The notes below the pieces were generated by a model, which was not told where the DNA came from, ran no database searches, and worked only from the letters and a program-made list of their open reading frames with translations. From contig CBDEGZ010000003.1 in NCBI GenBank assembly GCA_965238175.1, forward strand, positions 2,528,001 to 2,592,000: a stretch of DNA of 64,000 bases, given 5' to 3'. The position numbers were made by a program, and so were the translations under genes. Positions 10,996 to 19,925 of the stretch are shown here, one piece after another. Origin of the DNA: Gammaproteobacteria bacterium (GTDB taxonomy: Bacteria; Pseudomonadota; Gammaproteobacteria; CAJXQU01). How positions within the stretch are numbered: position 1 is the first letter of the stretch; each line of letters starts with the position of its first letter.

Positions 10996-11418
10996 CTAAC
11001 TTACATGATATGCCCATTCCCAATAGATCAAAAACAAGCCTGTCATAAGCATGGCAACAGCTTGCCAGCTCAATCCACTCATCAGTAAAAATCCGGCAAT
11101 AACGGATAGCCCTAAACCAAGGAAATAAAGCGTGGGGCCTGGGATCAGGTCAAATTGCTTACGCCGTAATGCCGAAACGATCAAACTCAATCCTGTGATT
11201 ACTGTACAAACTGTAACCAACAACCATAAACCTTGGTAGATCAGGCTAGCGTACGTGTATGGGGAACTGGTGGTATTAAATTCAGAAAATACAGTATTAA
11301 GGATTTGCCATGAAGGTTGTAATCCAAATATACCTATAACAAGAATGATGGCTCCGATAATAAAGATTACCGTACTTCGTACCTTTGAGCTTTTATCTAG
11401 GGCCTGTTCAGAATACAT
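10996..11418 (-). CDS. hypothetical 4-TM membrane protein
   Basis: GAGGGG RBS before ATG 11418; four hydrophobic segments. Confidence 0.6.
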   Translation of the reverse strand: MYSEQALDKSSKVRSTVIFIIGAIILVIGIFGLQPSWQILNTVFSEFNTTSSPYTYASLIYQGLWLLVTVCTVITGLSLIVSALRRKQFDLIPGPTLYFLGLGLSVIAGFLLMSGLSWQAVAMLMTGLFLIYWEWAYHVS

Positions 11419-11476
11419 TTCTAATCCCCTCGGATTTTGATTATTCTTATGGCTCAAGATAATAAACGGAACTGAT

Positions 11477-12880
11477 ATGGCTGACAAATCAATTAACTGC
11501 CCTGAGTGTGGAACAGAGATCGAAATCTCGACAGTGCTTTCTCAGCAGATCGAAAATGATCTGAAAAAAGAAAATGATCAAAAAACCCTAAAAGCGGTTG
11601 AAGATGCAAAGAAAAAATCATTAGAAGATTTCTCTATAGAAAGGAAAAGATTTGAACTGCAATTCGAAGAACAAAATAGCAAACTCGCAAAAGCTTCCGA
11701 AAGAGAATTGCAGATAAAAAAACAACAGCATGATCTAGAAACACAGAAACAACAATTTGAGCAAGAACTTGAATCCCGTTTAAAGCAAAGAGAACATACC
11801 TTACGCGAGAAAATCAAACAGAAGGCTAAACAAGATTTAGCAATGGAATTCAATGATCTACAAGAACAACTTAAAGAAAAGGACTTACGTGTTGAAGAGG
11901 CACAGGTAAAAGAAATAGAGATCCGTAAACAGGCTCGTCAACTAGAAGAAAAACAAAAAAATATTGAGCTTGAGTTTCAACGTAAAATTGATCAAGAACG
12001 AAAAGAGATAGAAGACAAAATCAGTAAACAGTTTTCAGATGAATCAAATCTGAAATTGAGAGAAAAACAAAAACAGATAGATGATCTACGAAGATCTCTA
12101 GAAAATGCAAAACGCAAAAGCGAACAAGGTTCAATGGAAACACAAGGTGAAGTGTTAGAGCTTGATCTTGAGCATCGACTAAATAATGAATTTTCTCACG
12201 ACACTATTTCACCCGTTCCAAAAGGGATCAAAGGTGCTGACATTATCCAAAATGTCAGAGACACAGCCATAAACGAATGTGGCAAAATTATCTGGGAAGC
12301 TAAAAATACCAAAAACTGGTCACCGCTTTGGCTACCAAAACTCAAGGATGATCAAAGAGAAATCGGCGCTAGTATTGCAATCCTAGTTACAGTTGCATTA
12401 CCAGAGTCTATATCAAGTTTTGGAATGATCGATGGTGTTTGGGTAACTGATGTCAAATCTGCCTTACCACTGGCCTCTGCGTTACGTGAACAACTTATTC
12501 AAATCAATTTCGCTCGTAACGCTTCTCAAGGCAAAGGGGAAAAGATGGAAGATATGTTCAACTATCTTTCCGGAGATGAATTCAAACAACGTGTCGAAGC
12601 CATTGTTGAAACTTTTAGTAATATGCAAGATCAGTTAAACCGAGAAAAACGTGCAATGGAAAAGATTTGGAAAGAAAGAGAAAAACAAATCCAGCGAATC
12701 ACGACAAATACAATTGGAATGTACGCAGATGTTCGTGGAATTATTGGATCATCTATTCAAACAATTCCCGCACTAGAACTAGACAACCTCGAAATAAACC
12801 AACAAAAACAAGCCTATACGGAACTAGTTCACACTACTCAAACAGAAACAACGACACAAAACGAGAAACCTAAACAGTAA
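11477..12880 (+). CDS. DUF2130-type coiled-coil protein
   Basis: N-terminal CPECG, long coiled coil, QGSMETQGEVLE, KGADI, WEAKNTK.WS..WLPKLKDDQR. Confidence 0.8.
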   Translation: MADKSINCPECGTEIEISTVLSQQIENDLKKENDQKTLKAVEDAKKKSLEDFSIERKRFELQFEEQNSKLAKASERELQIKKQQHDLETQKQQFEQELESRLKQREHTLREKIKQKAKQDLAMEFNDLQEQLKEKDLRVEEAQVKEIEIRKQARQLEEKQKNIELEFQRKIDQERKEIEDKISKQFSDESNLKLREKQKQIDDLRRSLENAKRKSEQGSMETQGEVLELDLEHRLNNEFSHDTISPVPKGIKGADIIQNVRDTAINECGKIIWEAKNTKNWSPLWLPKLKDDQREIGASIAILVTVALPESISSFGMIDGVWVTDVKSALPLASALREQLIQINFARNASQGKGEKMEDMFNYLSGDEFKQRVEAIVETFSNMQDQLNREKRAMEKIWKEREKQIQRITTNTIGMYADVRGIIGSSIQTIPALELDNLEINQQKQAYTELVHTTQTETTTQNEKPKQ

Positions 12881-12882
12881 AC

Positions 12883-12900
12883 GTGACATCTTTCTGTCAC
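12883..12900. promoter_or_regulatory. 18-bp palindrome, candidate activator box
   Basis: GTGACA-TCTTTC-TGTCAC about 80-100 bp upstream of the GGA-rich RNA candidate. Confidence 0.35.
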
Positions 12901-12981
12901 TAACCTTTTGTTATACCAACCAATATAAAAATAGTGGCAGATAGAACTAAAGAAATTTAGCTTACCAACCGATATACATTT

Positions 12982-13100
12982 TAGCAGTGATTGCACACGG
13001 ACATGCGCACCTGCTACTTTGCGGACACGGATTGTCCGCAATTTAACCCGGCCAAGGAAGGCCACCCTACTTCCCGGACTCCTAATCCGGGAGTTTTGGT
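12982..13100 (+). ncRNA. candidate CsrA/RsmA-sequestering sRNA (RsmY/RsmZ-like)
   Basis: GC-rich island of consecutive hairpins with ANGGA in or at the loops (12997, 13027, 13054), ending in a TTCCCGGA/TCCGGGAG stem plus TTTT. Confidence 0.6.
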
Positions 13101-13241
13101 GGCTTGTCAAGTCAATTTTCTGACGACCAATTCACAGAATAATAGCATCATTCAATCTCTAAAACACCAGCTCCCCCTCTAAAACATTATAAATATCGTG
13201 TCTTCATTCTATATTCCTGTTTTTACGGGAAATAAAATTTC

Positions 13242-13257
13242 TGGCACAGCATATGCA
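13242..13257 (+). promoter_or_regulatory. sigma54 (RpoN) -24/-12 promoter
   Basis: TGGCACAGCATATGCA with GG (13243) and GC (13255) exactly 12 bp apart. Confidence 0.7.
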
Positions 13258-13267
13258 TTATTTGAAA

Positions 13268-13346
13268 CGTAACATGTCATCCCTGACTGTTACGCTCCTC
13301 CCTTTGGGCTTATATTGGCACCTTTATTAAAGGTGCCATTTTTTTT
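13268..13346 (+). ncRNA. candidate sigma54-dependent trans-acting sRNA (~79 nt)
   Basis: 5' hairpin CGTAACA/TGTTACG begins at the predicted +1; CTCCTCCC anti-SD tract; terminator TGGCACCTTT/AAAGGTGCCA plus T8. Confidence 0.65.
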
Positions 13347-13417
13347 GCCTGCCGTTTAACATTCAAATAGAATCCCCTTCCTAACAATTAGATTCAATTC
13401 ATTATCACGAGGCGAAA

Positions 13418-13912
13418 ATGTCTACAATAAGATTTTTGATCACAGGTGGAACCATTGATAAGGTTTACAATGAAATAAATGGAAGCCTGATCTTCGATCA
13501 AACTCATATGCATTCAATGCTAGAACAAGCAAGGTGTAACGTTGGTATATCTACAGAGACAATCATGCTAAAAGATAGTCTTGAAATGGACAATACGGAT
13601 CGAGAGTTAATCAATAAAAAATGTCAGTCGTCTGAAGAATCGTTGATCATTATCTCTCATGGAACAGATACGATGGTCGAAACCGCAGCAGTTCTTGCAG
13701 AACATGTATCCAACAAAACTATTATCCTGTTTGGAGCGATGATCCCATTTACAATCAATTATTCAGATAGCCTGTTCAATCTCGGTTGTGCGATCACAGC
13801 CGTTCAATGCCTCGAAAACGGGGTTTACATTTCTATGAATGGCAAAGTCTTCCCGTGGAATAATGTGATGAAAAACAAGGTGAAAGGTATATTTCAAACA
13901 AAGAAAGTTTAA
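13418..13912 (+). CDS. asparaginase N-terminal-domain protein
   Basis: ITGGTIDK, KDSLEM and SHGTDTM asparaginase motifs in a short 164-aa form. Confidence 0.85.
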   Translation: MSTIRFLITGGTIDKVYNEINGSLIFDQTHMHSMLEQARCNVGISTETIMLKDSLEMDNTDRELINKKCQSSEESLIIISHGTDTMVETAAVLAEHVSNKTIILFGAMIPFTINYSDSLFNLGCAITAVQCLENGVYISMNGKVFPWNNVMKNKVKGIFQTKKV

Positions 13913-13940
13913 GTCTGAGCTACTACTGAACTAATACAGC

Positions 13941-14786
13941 TCATTCATACTTTTTAGCTTCTTCCCAAAGTGTATCCATTTCCTCTAGGCTCGCTTGTTC
14001 GGCAGTTTTATTTTTAAGCATTAAGCGAGATTCAATATATCGAAACCGTCGTTCAAATTTACTATTTGAGCGCCGTAATGCCTTTTCTGGATCAACCTTG
14101 AGATGACGCGCCAGATTTACACAAACGCATAGTAAATCACCAACCTCATCCTCAATCTTGTCTTGTCCAAGGTTTTCATTAATTGCTTCATGGATTTCAC
14201 CTACCTCTTCTTTGAGTTTTTCCCAAATGGGTTCTATTGTCTGCCAGTCAAAACCAACCTTTGCGACACGATTTTGTATTTTTGCTGCTCGGGTTAACGC
14301 GGGTAAGATAAGCGGAATATTATCCATTTGACTTTGAGTATCTTTAATTTGAGCATTTTGGCTTTGAATATTTTTTTGGGCAAGCTTTTGCTGTCGTTCG
14401 TCTTTTTTGATCGCGTCCCAGGCTATCGACAGCTCATTATCATCAAGTGCTTGATCCCTATGATCTCGATCAAAAATATGTGGATGCCGACGTATCAACT
14501 TCTCACTAATACCATTCACAACATCATTGAAATCAAAGTCGTTTCTTTCTTTTCCAATTTGAGCATAAAAGACTATCTGGAATAATAAATCACCCAGTTC
14601 CTCACGAAGATCGGCTATCTCACCGTTTTCTATCGCATCAATTACCTCATAAACCTCTTCAAGTGTATGTGGAACGATAGTTTTATAGGTTTGTTTGAGA
14701 TCCCATCGACAGCCACACTCTGGATCGCGCAATTTTTCCATTATTTCCAATAATGTTTCTATCGATTGTGATCCAATTTGACTCAT
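13941..14786 (-). CDS. mazG: nucleoside triphosphate pyrophosphohydrolase MazG
   Basis: LRDP.GC.WD..QT, EEVYEV.DAI, EELGDLLFQ, KLIRRHPH and a second domain with EDEVGDLL. Confidence 0.93.
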   Translation of the reverse strand: MSQIGSQSIETLLEIMEKLRDPECGCRWDLKQTYKTIVPHTLEEVYEVIDAIENGEIADLREELGDLLFQIVFYAQIGKERNDFDFNDVVNGISEKLIRRHPHIFDRDHRDQALDDNELSIAWDAIKKDERQQKLAQKNIQSQNAQIKDTQSQMDNIPLILPALTRAAKIQNRVAKVGFDWQTIEPIWEKLKEEVGEIHEAINENLGQDKIEDEVGDLLCVCVNLARHLKVDPEKALRRSNSKFERRFRYIESRLMLKNKTAEQASLEEMDTLWEEAKKYE

Positions 14787-14860
14787 AGGCCTTCCTGTTG
14801 TTTTAATTAGTAGCTTAAGTTGCTACAAAATTTAGATCATATCACTTTGATATTGTTACT

Positions 14861-15433
14861 ATGACAACACCACTGATTTTAAGACTCGATACCTCAGGTT
14901 CGCCAATGACCTGGATCCCTTGGGAAGACGCAGTCAATCTTTACACCAGGGATATGGTAGCGTGGACAGCAGGCGAAAGCATGTTCACTTTTCATGGTGG
15001 ATTAAGTCGTTTAACTGGCTTACGTTCAAAAGTTTCGATCAATTCCATTATTGCGATAAAACGTGCCAGTCAAAGCAAGTATGTCCGTCGTTCTATCCCG
15101 CCACTTAATAACCGTGAGCTGTTTTTCCGCGACGGAAATCTTTGTATGTATTGCGGTAAAGAATATCGCGACTTAATGTTAACACGCGATCATGTCAAAC
15201 CGGTGTCTCGCGGTGGTTTAGATCGGTGGTCGAATGTTGTTACCGCCTGCCGCACATGTAATACACGCAAGGGCAACCGGTTTCCTGAAGAAGCGAGCAT
15301 GCCTCTCTTAGCGATCCCTTATGTTCCAAACTGGGCCGAATATTTAGCTTTATCTAACCGACGGATTCTCATCGATCAAATGGATTTTCTAAAAGGCCAA
15401 TTTAAACAAGGCGATCGTTTGCTCAGCTTCTAG
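14861..15433 (+). CDS. HNH endonuclease (McrA-like)
   Basis: RDGNLCMYCG, LTRDHVKPVSRGG, WSNVVTACRTCNTRK. Confidence 0.88.
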   Translation: MTTPLILRLDTSGSPMTWIPWEDAVNLYTRDMVAWTAGESMFTFHGGLSRLTGLRSKVSINSIIAIKRASQSKYVRRSIPPLNNRELFFRDGNLCMYCGKEYRDLMLTRDHVKPVSRGGLDRWSNVVTACRTCNTRKGNRFPEEASMPLLAIPYVPNWAEYLALSNRRILIDQMDFLKGQFKQGDRLLSF

Positions 15434-15523
15434 CTCAAATAATGAAGAATCTTTATGCGTAGCGATCCCTATCAGTAACCCCAAACTTGAAATAAAATCA
15501 TTTCTTAAAAAATAAACAACATA

Positions 15524-16690
15524 ATGAAAACATCTCAACGCATGGATGCGGTTCAATCTCCTGTTATCCCCATTGTTGGTCAACTAATTAAAGATAATCC
15601 CGGGACGCTTTCTCTGGCTCAGGGTGTTGTCTATTTTCAACCCCCAGCGCAAGCGTTGGATAAAATCGCTGGTTTTGGAAATCAACCATCGGACCATTTA
15701 TACGCCAGTGTTCAAGGCATTCCAGAATTGATCAAGATAATTGAAGATAAATTACATAAAGAAAATGGTGTAACAAGTACGTTATCTAAAAGAATTGTTG
15801 TCACGGCCGGCGCGAACATGGCATTTCTTAATGCGCTTTATTCAATTACAGATCCTGACGATGAGATTATTCTGCCGACACCCTGTTATTTCAATCATGA
15901 AATGGCGATCCGTATGGTCAATTGTAGGCCCGTTTTGGTCAAAACTGATGATGTCTTTCAAATAGATGTTGATCAACTAAGAGCATCTATCACACCAAAA
16001 ACGCGCGCTATTGTCACCATTTCACCCAACAACCCCACTGGAACAGTCTATCCTGAAGAAACATTAAGAGCCATAAACAGTCTCTGTCGCGAAAATGAGA
16101 TTTATCATATTTGCGATGAAGCCTACGAATATTTTAGTTTTGATCAGGTTCAGCATTTTTCATCTGCATCAATACCTGAATCACAAAATCATACTATCAG
16201 CCTCTATTCACTCTCGAAAGCATATGGGTTTGCTAGCTGGCGCATTGGTTATATGCTTATCCCAGAAAAACTCTATATGCCCATTGCGAAAGCGCAAGAT
16301 ACTAATCTTATTTGTGCAAGCGTTATTGCACAAAATGCGGCTATTGGAGCGATGGAGCTTGGGGCTGAATACTGCCAGGAAAAGTTTTCTGAGATTAACG
16401 AGTCTCGGCTTCTAATTATAAAAGAATTGGAAACGATCAAAAACTGCTGTACATTTCCGATACCAATGGGTGCTTTTTACTTTTTCTTAAAAGTAAAAAC
16501 CCACTTAGACTCAATGACATTAGTCAAGAAATTAATTGAAACATACAAGGTTGCTGTTCTGCCAGGCAACATGTTTGGTATGAACGAGGGTTGCTACTTA
16601 AGAGTCTCGTTCGGCGCATTACAATCTGAGGCAGTCGTTGATGGAATTCGAAGACTCACTAAAGGTTTAACTGAAATCTGTCACAAATAA
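15524..16690 (+). CDS. PLP-dependent aminotransferase class I/II
   Basis: ISPNNPTG, CDEAY, SLSKAYGFASWRIG. Confidence 0.9.
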   Translation: MKTSQRMDAVQSPVIPIVGQLIKDNPGTLSLAQGVVYFQPPAQALDKIAGFGNQPSDHLYASVQGIPELIKIIEDKLHKENGVTSTLSKRIVVTAGANMAFLNALYSITDPDDEIILPTPCYFNHEMAIRMVNCRPVLVKTDDVFQIDVDQLRASITPKTRAIVTISPNNPTGTVYPEETLRAINSLCRENEIYHICDEAYEYFSFDQVQHFSSASIPESQNHTISLYSLSKAYGFASWRIGYMLIPEKLYMPIAKAQDTNLICASVIAQNAAIGAMELGAEYCQEKFSEINESRLLIIKELETIKNCCTFPIPMGAFYFFLKVKTHLDSMTLVKKLIETYKVAVLPGNMFGMNEGCYLRVSFGALQSEAVVDGIRRLTKGLTEICHK

Positions 16691-16749
16691 TAGAGACATA
16701 AAACGAACTTTTATCATCAAACCAGTCTATTCAATACATAAGGAAAAAT

Positions 16750-17148
16750 ATGAAAAAAATAATAATGGGAATATTGCTGGCAGTATTCGTATCAGGATTC
16801 AGTCTAAATAACATGGCTGCAGATCCAGAAGGAAATTATGCTATATGGGGTGAAGGCAGCTCGTCCTGCTTTAAATATAGCAAAGCACGTGCTGCAGAAA
16901 AAGACGATAACTATAAAGCCTATCTACGTGGATATCTAACCTCTTACAACACCATTTCTGATGATACTTACAGTATCAGTGGAAAAATGAATCTAACCGA
17001 AATGATGGGTTGGCTTGATAATTATTGTGATGAAAAAGCTATTGATAGTATTGACCGTGCCATCCAAATGCTGATTACTGAAGTTGAAAATGACCGCTAT
17101 CGAACACCTAACACGCAAGGGATCACTGAAGGTTGGGGTAAAAAATAA
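16750..17148 (+). CDS. exported hypothetical protein with a Cys pair
   Basis: signal peptide; GEGSSSC...GYLTSYN...WLDNYC. Confidence 0.65.
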   Translation: MKKIIMGILLAVFVSGFSLNNMAADPEGNYAIWGEGSSSCFKYSKARAAEKDDNYKAYLRGYLTSYNTISDDTYSISGKMNLTEMMGWLDNYCDEKAIDSIDRAIQMLITEVENDRYRTPNTQGITEGWGKK

Positions 17149-17150
17149 TA

Positions 17151-17783
17151 GTGGAGTTAAGCAGTTCCAATTTTAGTGATCAAATTAAACAGTTTCTTTA
17201 TCCCCAACAAAGTTGTCGGTACTCAGTCTGTGAAAAAGAAAATGATCTCAAACGAGCAGCGGTCTTAATTCCGCTAGTGGATATTGAAAATCAGGGTTTA
17301 TCTATTTTGTTAACAACCAGAACACAACACCTTCATCACCATGCTGGACAAATTAGTTTACCTGGCGGAATGTTAGATAAAGCATCAGATTTAACGCCTA
17401 TCGATACAGCTATTCGAGAAACTCATGAAGAAATTGGTATTTCTACAGAATTTATTGATATTGTCGGAGGGCTAGATCACTATCCAACCAATTCTGGTTT
17501 TGTTGTAACGCCTATCGTTGGCAGGATCCTTCCGGGATTTTCCCTACAAGCTGATCCCTTCGAAGTAGAAGAGATTTTCACAGTGCCACTGAAATTTATT
17601 TTTGATCAAAAAAATCATCATAAGTGTATATATAAAGATCAACAACGTGGCAGTTTTTACTATCAAATCAGCTATAATAATAAACGAATATGGGGAATTA
17701 CAGCAGCAGTATTAGTCAATTTTTACAATAAGTTAAAGGACAATTATCCTCTTTTTTATGAACTTATACCGCAAAACAGCTAA
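17151..17783 (+). CDS. nudL: Nudix CoA pyrophosphatase
   Basis: AAVLIPL, LLTTR..HL.HHAGQISLPGG, AIRETHEEIG, IWGITA. Confidence 0.85.
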   Translation: MELSSSNFSDQIKQFLYPQQSCRYSVCEKENDLKRAAVLIPLVDIENQGLSILLTTRTQHLHHHAGQISLPGGMLDKASDLTPIDTAIRETHEEIGISTEFIDIVGGLDHYPTNSGFVVTPIVGRILPGFSLQADPFEVEEIFTVPLKFIFDQKNHHKCIYKDQQRGSFYYQISYNNKRIWGITAAVLVNFYNKLKDNYPLFYELIPQNS

Positions 17784-17865
17784 CAATGATTGCGAATCGT
17801 CATAAAATAGGTCATTATCCTGCCTGGGCATTCTAATTTTTTATATCTTTAACTGGAGATTATCT

Positions 17866-18150
17866 ATGAAAAAAACAATCCATCTTTCTGCATTAATTCT
17901 TACCGCTGGTCTAGTTACCGGTTGTAGTTCTATCACTGTAGAACAACTTGATGAAGTAAGAGCGACAGCAAACAATGCTTTGTCTGAAGCACGGGCAGCT
18001 CAAGGCACCGCTAACAACGCTTTAAGTGTTGCCAATGACGCTCTTTCAACAGCTGCAAATGCAGAATCAGCCGCTAACCGTGCTCAAACTTGCTGTAATG
18101 CTAACTCAGAACGTCTTGATCGCGCATTTTCAAGAGCAATGAGTAAGTAA
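17866..18150 (+). CDS. Lpp/OprI-family alanine-zipper lipoprotein
   Basis: lipobox LVTGC, Ala-rich heptads, ERLDR and a C-terminal Lys. Confidence 0.85.
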   Translation: MKKTIHLSALILTAGLVTGCSSITVEQLDEVRATANNALSEARAAQGTANNALSVANDALSTAANAESAANRAQTCCNANSERLDRAFSRAMSK

Positions 18151-18182
18151 AAAAAGATCAAGCATACAATAATAGCTTGGCC

Positions 18183-18214
18183 AAAAAGGTCGCTTTTAAA
18201 ATGCGGCCTTTTTT
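18183..18214 (+). terminator. intrinsic (probably bidirectional) terminator
   Basis: AAAAAGGTCGC...GCGGCCTTTTTT. Confidence 0.7.
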
Positions 18215-18269
18215 ATGTCTGATTTCTTAATATTCACAACCTGCAGTTCCAGGTGGCACGGGTATATAC

Positions 18270-19517
18270 TTAAAAAAGATCTGAATAACTCGATTGTTGT
18301 TGTGATCCTGCTCCATCAACATTTTCGATTTTTTTAACATCAGTCGTCTCATATTCGCCGATATGATTGTTTATTATTAATTTTTCATCTAATTCTGAAC
18401 CAGACTCCGCACCTTCAAGGTCACTGTTACTAAACGATTTCATTTCCCCAAATCCAACAAGCGTTGGAATTCCTGTTTGTTTTTGGGATACCCTCCTCAA
18501 AGAATTCCAATCAATCTTACCGTTATCACTGTTATTGCTTAAATTGTCCTGATTTTGCATTTTTTCCATCGCTTTGCTGATTAATTTAACTAACTGCTGA
18601 TAATCTTCCTGCGAATTGTTCTTTGCTTCTTCCAAAGATGGATGTGCTTCAACATACAGTTTCCCTCTTAACCAACCAGCTTTGTATGGTTGATCAATAA
18701 TTTGCACCTTCGTACCCACTTTCGTAATCCCAAAAAGCTCTTCAATGTCCTTAGGGTAAAGTCGGATACATCCATGCGTTACCCGCATCCCTAAACCATA
18801 GGGTTTATTTGTGCCATGGATCAAATAACCCCGCTTGCCCAACCTCATCGCAAATTGCCCTAGAGGATTATCGGGTCCGGCAGGAACAACATCTGGTAGA
18901 GGATCTCCCATTTCAGCATGCTCTTTTTTGATCGATTCTGGTGGTGTCCAGGTAGGATCTTTTTTCTTGCCGATAATCGAAGTCGAACCATAGGGTGTTG
19001 CCCAGTCCTGTCTCCCGATACTAATCGGATAAGTCACGACTACTGCCTGCTCATCGCGCTTTGGCTTCGGGTAATAATATAGCCGCATTTCTGGAACATT
19101 GATAACAATGCCTTTCTTTGGGACATCAGGCAAAACATAATAACTTGGAATAATAACTTCCGTTCCATCACCTGGCAGCCATGGATCAACACCCGGATTT
19201 GCATGCTGCATCTCCCGGAAACCTTGATCATAGGCCCAAGCCAGATCGGAAATAGTATCTTCATAACGAGTCGTAGTAAGACTGATCGCACCAATTACAG
19301 AATCACCATTTTCCGGTAACAAATAGGTTTCAGCCCATAAGATCTGCGATGAAAATATTGACAGAAATAAAACTAAGGAACCTTTGATTAAGTCTGAGCG
19401 AAGTAGTTTGTAACTCAAACTATTCGTAATCAAGGCGTGAATCGCACGTAATAGCGAGCTACTGCGAAGATTTACAACGCAGAGTACGGATAGTTTGGGC
19501 GCAAGATACGAGTTCAT
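18270..19517 (-). CDS. L,D-transpeptidase (ErfK/YbiS/YcfS family); N-terminus supplied by a MITE
   Basis: ANPGVDPWLP, IVINVPEMRLYYY, YPISIGR, GPDNPLG, IHGTN, RVTHGCIRL. Confidence 0.9.
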   Translation of the reverse strand: MNSYLAPKLSVLCVVNLRSSSLLRAIHALITNSLSYKLLRSDLIKGSLVLFLSIFSSQILWAETYLLPENGDSVIGAISLTTTRYEDTISDLAWAYDQGFREMQHANPGVDPWLPGDGTEVIIPSYYVLPDVPKKGIVINVPEMRLYYYPKPKRDEQAVVVTYPISIGRQDWATPYGSTSIIGKKKDPTWTPPESIKKEHAEMGDPLPDVVPAGPDNPLGQFAMRLGKRGYLIHGTNKPYGLGMRVTHGCIRLYPKDIEELFGITKVGTKVQIIDQPYKAGWLRGKLYVEAHPSLEEAKNNSQEDYQQLVKLISKAMEKMQNQDNLSNNSDNGKIDWNSLRRVSQKQTGIPTLVGFGEMKSFSNSDLEGAESGSELDEKLIINNHIGEYETTDVKKIENVDGAGSQQQSSYSDLF

Positions 19518-19536
19518 GACTTAATCAGAAGTTCCT
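19376..19536. mobile_element. 161-bp palindromic MITE-like element, copy 1
   Basis: TIRs AGGAACCTTTGATTAAGTC / GACTTAATCAGAAGTTCCT; inner arms CTCAAACTATTCGTA / TACGGATAGTTTGGG. Confidence 0.75.
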
Positions 19537-19553
19537 CAAGTACAGCTTTTTAA

Positions 19554-19925
19554 TCATTGTTTTATCATGCCTATTACAAGTACTAACCAGCCAACTAAAA
19601 AAGCTAATCCACCAATGGGTGTAATCATTCCAAATTGACGGATTTCAAAGAGTGCTAGTAAATAAAGACTGCCAGAAAATAGAATAATTCCACTAACAAG
19701 CAACCAGCCGGCCAGTTTTAGTGATCCAATGCCGGAATAAAGATGTATTAAGACACCGATTAAAATCAATCCTAACGCATGAATCAATTGATATAACACT
19801 CCCGTCTGCCAGACGGCAAGCATTTGTTCAGAAAGCCTGTCGCGTAGAGCATGAGCACCGAACGCACCGAAACCAACACCCAAAAAGGCCCCGAAACCTC
19901 CAGTTGCGATAAAAAATTTAGCCAT
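19554..19925 (-). CDS. DUF423 (YgdD/TMEM256) membrane protein
   Basis: GAFGAHAL, YQLIHALG, LFSGSLY, TPIGG. Confidence 0.9.
   Translation of the reverse strand: MAKFFIATGGFGAFLGVGFGAFGAHALRDRLSEQMLAVWQTGVLYQLIHALGLILIGVLIHLYSGIGSLKLAGWLLVSGIILFSGSLYLLALFEIRQFGMITPIGGLAFLVGWLVLVIGMIKQ

Noticed and set aside
12838-13182. ORFs 12838-13110(-) and 12991-13182(+)
   Set aside because: no motifs or RBS; better explained by the structured RNA
13941-15433. mazG plus HNH as an anti-phage system
   Set aside because: divergent genes, a housekeeping two-domain MazG, and no other defence genes nearby
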